From: Podarcis cretensis
Taxonomy: Eukaryota
Direction of reading: 5' to 3'
Assembly (NCBI GenBank): GCA_951804945.1
Contig: OX638159.1
Location: forward strand, 24,428,001 to 24,492,000
Length of the DNA: 64,000 nucleotides
The position numbers were made by a program, and so were the translations under genes. The notes below the pieces were generated by a model. That model saw nothing but the letters and a program-made list of their open reading frames with translations, searched no databases and was not told the DNA's origin. Shown piece by piece: positions 35,669 through 47,638 of the stretch (position 1 is the stretch's first letter; each line of letters opens with the position of its first letter).

Positions 35669-36170
35669 GGGACACAGGTGGCACTGTGGGTTAAACCACA
35701 GAGCCTAGGACTTGCCGAGAAGAAGGTCGGCGGTTTGAATCCCCGCGACAGTGTGAGCTCCCGTTGCTGAAGCACTTTCTTTTGTCTGTCCGGAATCTTG
35801 CAGCACCTCAGCTTCATTAAAGGTAAAGGGTAAAGGGACCCCTGACTATTAGGTCCAGTCGTGACTGACTCTGGGCCAGCCTAGCAGTTTGAAAGCACGT
35901 CAAAGTGCAAGTAGATAAATAGGTACCGCTCTGGCGGGAAGGTAAATGGCGTTTCCGTCCACTGCTCTGGTTCGCCAGAAGCGGCTTAGTCATGCTGGCC
36001 ACATGACCCGGAAGCTTTACGCCGGCTCCCTCGGCCAGTAAAGCGAGATGAGCGCCGCAAACCCAGAGTCGGTCATGACTGGACCTAGCTCCCTCAGCCT
36101 GAAAGCAAGTGCCACAACTCCATAGTTGCCTTTGACTGGACTTAACCATCCAGGGGTCCTTTACCTTTTT
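35669..36170 (+). mobile_element. Rearranged Sauria SINE(s) with an internal inversion
   Basis: Head (+) 35669-35768, inverted CR1/TSD/tail 35769-35875, body (+) 35876-36087, second SINE tail to ~36170. Confidence 0.88.
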
Positions 36171-36594
36171 TTATATACTGCCCCCTTTCCCTTTGTGAGT
36201 TGTCGAGGAACATTGGTCACTTTCAAATGACCTGTTTATTGAGCATTTATCCTGATTTGTTTCAGGGGGGTAGATAATGTTGGCTATTTAAGTCAGTGTT
36301 CATTCCAATTTGTTTGTGGGCAGCTTATATGATATAACATCATATAATTATTCCATGCAGTATCCATGAGATTGCCACCTAAGGCTTTAAGCCTAAGCAC
36401 ACTTACCTTAGAGGAAGCACCATTTAAAACAGTAGTACTTGCTTCCAAGTAGAGATGCCTAAGTTTGTGCTGTCCGTGTTGCAAAGTATTGGGTGAATTA
36501 AAATGAAAAGGGAAAGCAGTGTAAGGTCATTATATTAAGCTAGAGTAAAACCGCATTTAGAATCCTCTGAGATGCTCAGTTTCCCACTAAGAAA

Positions 36595-36855
36595 GATACA
36601 GGAAAAGGACAACTAAAATGATCAGGGCATCTTCCCTAGAAAGAAAGCTCAAGAGATGAGAAATTTCTCGCTCCCTTCTTTCAAAATACTAGAACTTGAG
36701 GTCATCCAATTAAATTGATTGGCAGAAGGATCAGGATGACAAAAGGAAATAGTTCTCTATACGATACATAATTAACTTCTGGAATTCCCTTCCCAAAAAA
36801 ATATATGTAATGATATGATGTATCTATGGGGTTAGATTGCCTGTAAAAAGAATTA
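36595..36855 (+). mobile_element. Old CR1 3' fragment
   Basis: 'caggaaaaggacaactaaaatgatcaggg...ggtcatccaattaaattgattggcagaaggatcagg...ctggaattcccttccc'. Confidence 0.65.
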
Positions 36856-37089
36856 CAGTGTCATCATACACACGCCTATTCCTCAGTAAGACCCACTGAT
36901 TTCAATGGGGCTTATTCTGAGGTAATCGGGTATAGAATTGTAGCCTAGATTTACAGTATAGATTTGTCTATATGATTCCTCTGTCCTGAGTCAAAAGCAG
37001 ATTACCAGATCAATCCGCAGGGGAACACTGTTGTTGTGTGCACCCCAAAAGCATCTGTCTGGCCAAAGAAGAGCTAGAGAAGGTGTCAA

Positions 37090-37277
37090 GTTAGATCTTA
37101 AACGGAATCTGTTCCGGAAATCCACTCAACTTCCAAAACGTTTGGAAACCAAGGTGAGGCTTCCAGTTGGCTGCAGGAAGCTCCTGCAGCCAATCAGAAG
37201 TCGTGGAAGCAGCATTGGGCATTCGGGAGCCAAAACGTTTGACTCACAAAGCTTTCAGGATCCAAGGTACGACTGTA
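37090..37277. mobile_element. Tigger-like MITE fragment
   Basis: Right TIR 'ccaaggtacgactg|ta'; central palindrome ttggctgcagg..cctgcagccaa. Confidence 0.65.
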
Positions 37278-37349
37278 GTATTCTTTAACAACAACAACAA
37301 CAACAACATGTATGTAATTCTGTTATTGTGTTATTATTGCTGAATGTCA

Positions 37350-37800
37350 TAAAAACATACTAGAAGTGACTCAGGGTTAGACCAAAGGCCTATCTCGCCC
37401 AGCAGCCTTTATCCAATAGTAGTCAATGGTCCTTTCTCCTACTGTTGTTTCACAGCAACTGCTAATTCAGAGGAATGCTGCCTCTCAATCTGTAGGTAGC
37501 AGAACATGACTTACAACCATTAATAGACTCATCCTCCATTAGTTTCAAAGCCATTTAAACTAACAACCATTACAGCTTCTGGCAGAAAATTCCTTAACTA
37601 CGAGCTGTGTGGTGACGGACTTACTTTTGTCTCTTCTGAATCTCCTGCAAGTCAGCTTCACTTGACCTTTCCTTCCAATGTTTTGAGGGAGAAAAATGCT
37701 ACTCTCTATCCATGGCCTTAACACTATATATAATTTAAAAAATAAACTTCTGTGTTCCATCTTACTTATTCCGTCCCCCCTAAACTCAGAAGCTCTAAAT
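37350..37800 (-). mobile_element. Old CR1 3' fragment
   Basis: 'cataaaaacatac...gttagaccaaaggcctatct...ccagcagcc' tail followed by degenerate reverse ORF2 sequence. Confidence 0.55.
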
Positions 37801-39000
37801 GTTGTGGCTTTCCTCTATCCCTCACTTGGCCTTTCAATGCCATATTGGATGCCCTGTCTCTTCAGCTTCATTGCAATGCAGAGATGCCACCCCGGTGAAT
37901 ATCCTTGTTCAGATGGCATACATGATTCCAAATCCAGAAAAGGAATCCATGTACAGAAGCTGCCTCTGCACACATCTCCCTTGCTGGGCGAGCAAGCAAA
38001 TGTCAAGGCAAACGTTATATAATGGAATTGACATTTGCTTGCAAAACCTAAGTGCGGCAGCCATATAAAAGTGAGACCCTAAATGCAGCACCTCTACAGC
38101 CCTAAACCCCTTGTGCCAGAATGATGGGAAACAGACTGAGAGGATAGTGAGATAATATGATATTTCTTTCCCCTTCCAAAGACAAGCAAATGATCTCACA
38201 CCTGCAGTTTAAATAACCAAATAAATGTCATATCAGCCCTGCAATCTCCAGCTAACGAATCTCTGAGCCAAATAAGTGAAGGATGCATTGTGTCTGCTTT
38301 AAATCTGAGTGTGTTTTTGGCTTCCTGCCTGCTGTGACAGTGAAGAAACTTACTGGAGGAAAGTCTGTGCCCCAAATCCTGAAGCAATACTGCCGTAGTG
38401 GGCTTAGATAAGACATTACTCTGATTTAGTGTAAATGTAATTCCCAGCCTCAATAAGCGCTGAAATAATGAAGACTGTTCTCCTATGGCAAGATAGTCCA
38501 CTTGAAAACTCTTTTGTTTATGGTAGCCTAACCAGACCTGTGATTTTATTATGTACATTTGTTAATAATTTTTTTGATTTATCTATATTTTGATAGTTGT
38601 ATTATGTCTGCTGTTTCTAATGCCTATCACCATTCTTAATGAATGTTTTATACTATTTTATGTAAACCACTTAGTGATTTTTAAAATAAAGTAAACACAC
38701 ACACACAATTACGGTACATTGTTTTATACAGTAGGAATTCTACACTCTAAGTAGCAGTTGAAGAGGATAATTGTAACAGTCTGAACACATTTACTGAAGT
38801 GCCCAGTGGGAACCAGCTGAGGCTCTTACACAATCTACAAAATGTTACCAAGCTGGAAAATGTTGGGTGGCTTTTGATGAGTAGGAGACAATGTTTTATT
38901 TACATGACATCACAGAGTCCCACATTTGTGACTCTCTAGCAATCATGCATTTGTGATTTGGCTGCAGATCAGTCCTCCCACTATTTTTTAAAGCCTTGAT

Positions 39001-39383
39001 CAAGGTGGAGAACCTTTACTGCCCCAAGGGCTGCATGTTCTCATGGACAACCTTCTGGAGGCCCCATGCCAGAGGTGGCCAAAAAGCACATGAGGCAAGA
39101 GGCAAGCGTGGGCAATTGTGACTCTTAGCTTGGTACAAGGAGACAACATTCCATGCATGTCAAAGCCAGAAGTTTCTACAAGTTTCTACTCCTACACACG
39201 TCTCCATCTTTCCTCCTGGCAAGCAAGAAGGGTTATCATAGTTCAAGGACATATCCAGAAGCAGTTGAGGAGGGAGTGGAGCGGGGTCACTGAGGTGGGG
39301 TTGCCAGGGGAGAGTCCAGGGGGTCAGGCAGAGCAATCTAGAGTGCTGTGTTCACCCCACAGGCCTGAAGCGTCCTACCCCTG
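39001..39383. mobile_element. hAT-Charlie-like non-autonomous element
   Basis: Ends 'caaggtggagaacc' / 'gtcctacccctg'. Confidence 0.5.
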
Positions 39384-40334
39384 GTTTAGATGTTGACAGT
39401 AAGGCCAACTCTGGTCTAAGTGGCATTTGACTTGCCCCTGAACTTGTTTTCAGCATAATATGATCTAAATTGTTTCCAGCATCAACCATTTTTTAAAAAA
39501 TTGGCTTAGCAGAGACAAAATGTTACACTGTAGAATCAACCAGACATTCCGTACTGACATTTACTGAAAGTAATTTTCCTCCACAGACTGTTACAGAGAT
39601 GCAAGTCAGGTACAGTCTGGAAAATGTGGGCATTTTAAAATGAATGAGGAATATGTAATTGTGGGAGAAAGTATTGTAGTAAGCTTTATGTGAGGAAAGG
39701 TGGAGGGGGGGGGGAAACCAAACATCTTGTAGGATATGTTTATCAGGGGCTGAAGTGGGCCAATCTCTTTAGTCCTGCAAAGTTTTGTGTGGCACTGAGT
39801 CACCTGACGGGTGATGCCAACAAACTGCCGTTTGCCCTTTTGGACAATTTGCACTGTGCCAATCAAGCCTTGTCGTGTCTCTTTCATTTGTCTCCAAAAG
39901 AATACAATGGCAGGGTGCCATCACCTGTAATGTTTAGCTTCAGGATTTAAGTGAGAAGTATTGTACCTTTTCCCACCTTTGTTACAATACATATTCTGCA
40001 CAAACAAACCCTCCTCTATTAGGAAGGAGGATATGCATGGTAAGATGTTGTCAGATGAAGCCAGTTATAGTGAGGTTATTTTTCATTAACGTGGATGGTT
40101 GATGGATTGCTCCCATCCCACTTACTCCTGATTCACTTAAACTGGGTTATAATTATTCTATCCCAACCTTCTCCCGAAGCAGAATTTCAGTCTCACTAGC
40201 TTCCTGTGAGGTAGGTTCACCCGTAAGATCAATGACTTTACCCATGTGAACTTCATGGTTGAGTGGAGATTGAAGGTAGCTTGCTTAGCACTTTAGCCAC
40301 TGTCTCATATTGAATTTGGTAAATTCAGGATTGA

Positions 40335-40533
40335 TAGGGTTGCTATATTTCAAAAAGTAAAAACCAGGACACCCTTAAAGTTGTTGAGCTGCTTTTTTAA
40401 GGGAACACCCGAAAGACTGACTTGCCTAAGATCCGGGATAAAGCACCACCTTTCAGAAATCTGCCCCCCTATGCCAATTCCACCTTTGGAATCCCGGTAA
40501 TGTCCAGGAAAATCTGGACATATGGCAGCCCTA
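40335..40533. mobile_element. hAT MITE (TAGGGTTGCCA family)
   Basis: tagggttgctatat / atatggcagcccta TIRs; first ~40 bp near-identical to 20913. Confidence 0.85.
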
Positions 40534-42499
40534 GGAGTGGAGAGTTGCCATTTCCTTCTGGGACAGAACATGGCCAGGCAGCAAATTTGCTGTACCTTGA
40601 CTGGAAGGCTTGTGAGACTTTTCTGTACTGGCAGATCCCCTTTTTGTACCAGAGTCCCACAACCCTTTAAAAGGATTGTGATAGGCTGCCCCTAGACAAG
40701 ATGAACCAGCTGCCACTCCCTAATCTGCCCAGGTCTAGGAAAATACTAAAAGTGAGAGCAGCTTTAGATTTATGTTTCCAAAGCCTAATGGGCACAGACC
40801 TTAACAAAATTGTATGAAACATTTGTATATCAGGAAGAATAGCATTAGTGGGCAAGATTCTAGTGGAAAATGCCAGAAAAATGACTTTTAAGACCAATGA
40901 AGCTGAATGTCAAAACTCAAAGAATTTTATTAAGGAAAAGGGAAGGCACCAATTGCACATGGAGCCTTGCAAACAAAATCAATAAAATCAATCTAACGAA
41001 GCATGGGGTTATCTGATCATGTCACGTGACTTAGATTGTTTGCTACTGACTGAGTGTGAGAGAACTGATAGCTAATGGCGCAAAAAGGATCTTTAAACAG
41101 AGCAAATATAATACCAAATGCAGTTGTGAGTTAGGATCCCAGTGAGTTAGACGTTGGTTAGCTTGGCCCCCACCAAAGGTGCAAGCCCAGGCAGTGCAAA
41201 CATTGCACCTCTCCACTGTGATCAGGAGCCTGCTAGCCTGTCTGCATCTTCCCCAGGCTGCCCCTCTGCTGCTCTGGGTGAGGTGGGCAGGCTCCTCTGG
41301 GCACCACAGTGGAGAAATCCAGCCAATGGCATGGGCCATTGCAACAGCTCTGTGGAGCCCCCTCCCCAGTTGGCCAGCGGCACTATTAGAAGTATGTGGG
41401 ACACCCAGTGGGGCTCAGAGGGAAGAAAGGTGGAGACAGCAGGCCAGAGTTGTAGGAGGAGGGAAAGGGGGGGGGAGGGAATAGGCAGAAGGGAAAGCAG
41501 CGAATGGGGGGAGAGAGGCAGGAAGGCAGGCGCACAGATGGACCAATGGAGGAGGAGAAGTTGGGGAGGCAAAGCAGCACAGACCTGAGCCAGAGGTGCC
41601 AAGTTCCATGCGACATTGGGGGGGGGGGCTTGTCGCATGCACATGATGTCACATGTGCGACACACGTGTGTGAAATCATGCACACAGAGAGGAGGCCACC
41701 ACAGATAGACCAGCCGAGCCCCTCCACTGCTGCAGGAAAGCTCGATGAGGCTTTCTGCTGCCGCTGCCCCTCAAGATTGTGGGAGGGGGCTCAGCCCCAC
41801 CCCCACGTACATTGTGGGAGTTGAGCTGTCCTCAGCTCCATAGAGTTGGTGCCTATGGAGCTGACCCCGATGGCCACAGAGGAAGTCACTGGCAGAGTGT
41901 GAAAGGTGATAAAAAGCAAGCTTTTTGAGTTTATGGTCCATTGTTTCTCCCAGCTTCAGAGGCACAAATAAATCTCTTTGCCAAGGGTGCAAGTGAGCCT
42001 AGGTATGTCTCTGGATCCAACAGAGGTATCCTCTTCCATGTTCTGCCAGTGCTGCAGAGGTCCCTGCTGCACCCCAAAAGTTGGTGGAGTGTGTGCTACA
42101 GCCAGAAGGAATAAGCCTCAATAAGCCCCCCAATGTTTTGGTGGTGGGATGCAGGAAGAGCAGACCGTGTGATTAACCTGCTGGATGCAACACTGATCTG
42201 TTTACTAGAGAAGAGCCTGACCCAGGCTGCTGGCAGTACCAGCCTGCAAATTGGCACAGCAAAATAAGTTGCCTCCTCCCTCTCTTTTGCTTTGGGTGAC
42301 AGCAGCATACTGGAGGCAAAGGCTGCGGATGCAGCAGAGAATCTAGCTTATGCTCTGTGTGCACTGATCTTTTCCTGCAGAACCCCTCTCTTGGCAAACT
42401 GCAGGATCTGATTTCAATTTGATTCCCTCCCCCTCTTTCTTTTTTCCTTTCTCCTCCTGTGATGGAACTTCTATTTGGGGACTTCCCTGGCTTTTTCGG

Positions 42500-42740
42500 G
42501 CACATGTAGGACCAGTCTGGATAGTTAGCCTTGGTGAAGACCTGATGTTTTCATCCCCCCAAAATTTTTTGATTTGAGTTTCCATTGAAATGAGGCTGCA
42601 TTTTAATGTTTTAATGTTGTATTTTAATCTTGTTTTTAAGTTGTATTTCAATCAATTTGCTTTTATAGTGGTTGTTAGCTGCCCTGAGCCTGGTCTTATC
42701 TGGGGAGGGCAGGGTATAAATAAAATTTATTATTATTATT
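42500..42740 (+). mobile_element. L2-type 3' tail
   Basis: T-rich 3'UTR then 'gttagctgccctgagcc...gggcagggtataaataaaatttattattatt'. Confidence 0.65.
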
Positions 42741-43104
42741 AAACTTGAAAGTTCAGAATCATCACTTGTGAGAGGTGAAGCTAGGATGTTTCACTTGGCA
42801 TAGGTCCTTGACTTCTCTTGCTAGCAAGTTGTGAGTGTGAGCATGGAGGGAACAATCAATTAAGAGGAGCATTAGGAGCTGGTGAACACACTGCATTCTC
42901 GTTTGCAAAAGAGAGGCTGCAATCTTATTAGTACTTACCTAGGAGTAAGCCCTATAGTGGGGCTTACTTCTGAGTAAACATGCACAGGAATCTTGCAGAG
43001 TAATTTGCAATTTGTGTGTACATCATAAGAGAGTCCCTTCATATGCATGTTGGGAATTCTTATACTTTCTAAAAGCTTGCAAGAACTTGGTGTAGTCATT
43101 TTAT

Positions 43105-43147
<43 letters not shown>

Positions 43148-44106
43148 AATGCATCTCTTGGTCCAATTTAAATGGCAAGAGATCCATCTGAAATCACACA
43201 CATACACATGAAACTTACCTCTCTTGGTGCTGACTCCCAAATTGGTATCATCTTGTTAGGAACATCTTTTATTTTTAATAGAAAATTTCTGACAGAGACA
43301 AAAGGCCAAGAGAGGCAAAGAGAGAGTTAGTGCTTTGCAAAATGTGTCTCGAGTGAAAACGCCAACGGGGAAAAAAATATCCCAACCATCACACAACACC
43401 TCAATTCCTGCAGATGAATCAAGCATTGTTGAAGCGGACAGTAATTTATCCAGCTGTGCATCTACATCTGTTAGTTTAATAGGTGACACAAGGCTGGATT
43501 TTGAATTACTTTAAACCTATAACTTGGCTTATACAATAGGCTTCAGGAAGAGGAGAAAGAAGCTTCAATGCTAAGAAACCCTAGCTCAAAGTATCAGTTC
43601 CAGCAGCTCCTGCAGCCGACACTAAAGCTTTCTGTCTGCCGGTATAGCTTTGGCTTCTTTTGGTCTATTTGCACTACAATTCCCTTTGGCCTCCCATCAA
43701 CCCCCACAAACACGCAGGTGCATGCATAATATATGAACAAAGGCACTCTATTGTTCCTGGGATGTCTTTCCGACCGAAGTGGCTTACAAAAGATGCGTGT
43801 CACAGGCGGCCATTTTTTTCTTAATCACACCTGAAACTTCAGCCCATCATATTTGGTGTCACAGCTTCTCTCGTTTCAAAGGGGCAGAGGTTAACCAGTT
43901 TCTTTTAAGAGCTTGTACACTGAATTGTAGATGACTATTAGGAATCCAGGCCTATTGGATTATCCCAGATTTTTTACAATCTTTGAGGGAGATATCTGAG
44001 ATATGTTTATTTCTCGCTCTCTACTCCTATTTCTGTTTTGATTGTAAGCCATTTGGAAGCCATTTTTTTGCTTAATCTTTCAATTTATTATGTATTATAC
44101 ACACTT

Positions 44107-44464
44107 GACAGGGATGCGGGTGGTGCTGTGGGTTAAACCACAGAGCCTAGGACTTGCCAATCAGAAGGTTGGTGGTTCGAATCCCTGAGATGGGGTGAGC
44201 TCCCGCTGCTCGGTCCCTGCTCCTGCCAACCTAGCAGTTCAAAAGCATGTCAAAGTGCAAGTAGATAAATAGGTACCACTCTGGTGGGAAGGTAAATGGC
44301 GTTTCTGTGCGCTGCTCTGGTTTGCCATAAGTGGCTTAGTCATGCTGGCCACATGACCCGGAAGCTGTACGCTGGCTCCCTCGGCCAATAAAGCGAGATG
44401 AGTGCCGCAACCCCAGAGTCGGCCACGACTGGACCTAATGGTCAGGGGTCCCTTTACCTTTACC
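44107..44464 (+). mobile_element. Full-length Sauria SINE
   Basis: tRNA-like head gggatgcgggtggtgctgtggg, B box ggttcgaatcc, (ACCTTT)n tail; 12-bp TSD ttatacacactt at 44095-44106 and 44465-44476. Confidence 0.96.
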
Positions 44465-44476
44465 TTATACACACTT

Positions 44477-44670
44477 CCATCTTTCCTCCAAGGAGCTCAA
44501 GGTGGGGTACATAATTTTTCTCCTTCCCATTTTAGCCTCACTACAACCCTGGGAGGTGGTTGAGAGACTGGCCCAAGGTATCACTCAGTGAGCTTCATGG
44601 TCAAGTGGCAATTTGAGCCACAGCCTCACAGGTCCCAGTCCAACACTCTAACTGCTATGCAGCATTGGCT
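44477..44670 (-). mobile_element. Old Squam3-like SINE whose tail hosts the Sauria SINE
   Basis: Reverse complement of the 24329-type element (cctcactacaaccctgggagg...cccagtccaacactctaactgctatgc). Confidence 0.7.
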
Positions 44671-44989
44671 GAATAATATGTTAAGCTGTAAAAATATCTA
44701 AACAGAATGTATCATGTCTTGAGCCCAGTGACTTTGTACTAAGAAAGCTGCACTACAACCCTGTGCCTGTTTTCTCAGAAGTGAATCTACATATAGAAAT
44801 CCAGCCTAAATATTTCACAAAGATAGTAAGAAATAATTATACCTTGTTTAATGGCATGCGGTGTCACAAAATATGGGTAATACATTCAATTTTGCTTTGC
44901 TTAAAAGTTGACCAGTGGGCAGGGTAGTTTCCTCTCTCATTTTCTCCAATACTTGCCTTCCTAAAACTTCTCCCTAGGGAATTTTTAAC

Positions 44990-45790
44990 ACTGATGTTGC
45001 CCTCTCACTGGAGGTCTCCTCACATCCCAACCCACTATTTCTTTGCATTAGAAATTATTTCTGTCCACCTCTACCATATATCCCTTTCAGTTCCAGTTCA
45101 GCTTTCATTTCTGACCTCAATACAAGCCTTGGCTTCTTCTTTCTACCCTGACAATATTTTCATCCTTCTTGGTGATTTTCTCTGACCCCAGGGCTGACTC
45201 CTCGCCTCAGAGCCATGGGCTCCTTCTTGATCTTGGCTTCTTTAAGAACTGCTCCGCCTCTGACTTCTCTGCTGTGGACTTCCCCCTGTGAAATATCACT
45301 GCGTCTCTTCCAGCGCTGCTCAGTACCCATCCAACCTTGCTCTGCCTCTCGCTTCTTCTGTGACCTTTGGTCAATTGATGTTGTGGCTTTTTCACCAGTA
45401 TGTTCCCACACTCTTCTCATCTGTTGCCTCTGCCCTACTCTGTGGCTGCTCCAGTTTCCACCTTCCCTGCTGTCAACTGTTGGCAATTTTCCTTGTTCAT
45501 CACAAGCTTCCATTTGATATTCCTGTGTATGTTGTTGAGTATCTGAATAGCTCAAGAGAATATTGAAAACGTCAGAAGATGATACATTTTAAATTCCTGA
45601 TCATTTTCCTCTGTCATTTCCCTAAACTAGGAAACTTTGCCACTCATTTTATCCTCACATTCATCCTTTGTTACAGTAATTTATTCCTTTCTGCACTGCC
45701 CCAATTTAGACTGTAAACTGATTTGGGCAGGGACCTGTACTTTGCTTAATATATTACATAAAACATACTGACATAGCAATTAACAAAATA
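44990..45790 (+). mobile_element. Very old L2 relic
   Basis: Endonuclease-like ILLGDF near 45160-45180 and an L2/MIR-type end 'tttagactgtaaactgatttgggcagggacc'. Confidence 0.5.
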
Positions 45791-46859
45791 ATCAATAATT
45801 ATTAAAAACCTCAATGCTTTGGCTTGGTTTTTTTTTTACCCTCTGACAATATTTTCACCCTCATCTTGAAAGTCGTTCAGTGTACATCTTTGAAATCCAT
45901 GTCACAAACTTCACCCTTCTGAACAGATTATTTACAAAATTATCCAGATGTTTATTTTTCCAATAAAATAAAAATACAGAACTTGTCTTATGAATAATGC
46001 AGACTTATCATAAAAAAGGATCAATTATAGTGATTTCCTCCATATATTTACCATTGCAAACTTTACCTCCCCTCTGCCCCAGGAAAAAGTAAACTTTGAA
46101 GGGTTGGATTGATTTTACATAAAGCAAAAACTGATAAAAGCTTTGGTGCAGAATAAAGTATATTTGGTTTGTTTAGAACTAGAAAATAATTTTCCTCCTT
46201 AATCTCCCAGCCTACTCCAATGTCACTAACTCAAGGTTATCTTCACAAATGAGGCAACAGTACACAGAAGTGTGTATGTTTTGGTAAAATGGGGACAAAC
46301 TACTATGAATTATTTTCAGAATAAGAATTTGCTGTGTTTAAATGTGTAAACATTGCAGTCATTTTTACACCATTCCTTCTCTAGCGAAAAACAATATAAA
46401 ATCATTATGCTATTGATATTGTTTTGGAAGCGTAAAGCAGCTATTTGAATTGGATTGAATTTAAGCACCAGAAACCAATGCAAACGTGATCATTACTTTA
46501 ATTGTGTAAGAATACAGTGCGGGGGGGGGGGGGGGAGCCAGCAGAGATAATTATCAGACTGACTTTGAGACTACCAACTGCACAAAGAATTCCCACATTT
46601 CAAGCCCTACAATTTATTATATAGCTGTGAAATAAGCACACATTGTTCTGTGTATTTCTGACATCTTGTCAAGGGCAAGGTCACATTGCCTTGTGGGAAT
46701 AACCTTAAATGATGCGTTTGTAAACATTCCTATCCATTAAACAAGATCATGCAGAAGTTGCTGGTTGTGGCAAATGAATGCTCAGCATTTATCTGATGCT
46801 TCACTTCCTTGAAAATGATGACCACCTGGCCACCGTGATGCATACATTCAAACATTATG

Positions 46860-47200
46860 GTAACATGTTCCACATGAGACTGCCTTTGAAGATCATTTGC
46901 AAACTACAATAGCTTAAAAATGTTGCTACTACAAGTCATCAGGATCATGGTACACCATGGGCAACCAAATTGGTTTCCAAGTGCAAACCAAAGACCTGGA
47001 CCTAAGGTATCTAAGAAAACATCTTTCTGAACTCCACTGTGCACTGTAATCTTTAAGGGAAGCACAGCTCAGAATTTCCTCTTTCACTGAGGTCAGGTTT
47101 ACAACAGCAAGGTTAAGGAGTAGGCCCTTTGAACAGAATTCAGGAATTCTCTCTCCAGGGAAGTTCAGAGTCCACCTGTATTTTCACCACCTGATAACAA
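46860..47200 (+). mobile_element. Old L2 ORF2 C-terminal relic
   Basis: Degenerate 'actgcctttgaagatcatttgcaaactaca...aatgttgct' (LPLK...KLQ..NAA) region. Confidence 0.5.
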
Positions 47201-47367
47201 GGTAGCCTGCTGTTTTAATGTACGTGGGCAGTATTTTGTTTGCTGTAATGTGTTTGGTTTTTCCAAGTTTTAGTGGTTGTGTATATTGACTTAGTTGTGG
47301 TGTTCACATTTATTGCAATATTGTGAGTAATTGTATTAAGGCTTAAAGAAACCACCACCACCACCAT

Positions 47368-47638
47368 TTATTACTTATACCGCGCCCATCTGGCCGGGCC
47401 TCCCCAGCCACTCTGGGCAGCTTCCAACAGGATATTGAAAACACAATAAAACATTAAATAAAACATTAAATGAACATTAAAAACTTCCCTAAACAGGGCT
47501 GCCTTCAGATGCCTTCTAAAAGTCAGATAGTTGTTTATTTCCTTGACATCTGATAGGAGGGCATTCCACAGGATGGACACCACTACCGAGAAGGCCTTCT
47601 GCCTGGTTCCCTGTAACCTCACTTCTCGCAGTGAGGGA
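47368..47638 (-). mobile_element. L2 LINE 3' end
   Basis: Minus ORF RLQGTRQKAFSVV..LWNAL..DVKEINNYLTFRRHLKAALFREVF is the L2 ORF2 end. Confidence 0.9.

Noticed and set aside
41043-41824. Cluster of 75-153-aa ORFs as a gene
   Set aside because: Low-complexity, GC-rich sequence open on both strands; no domain evident.
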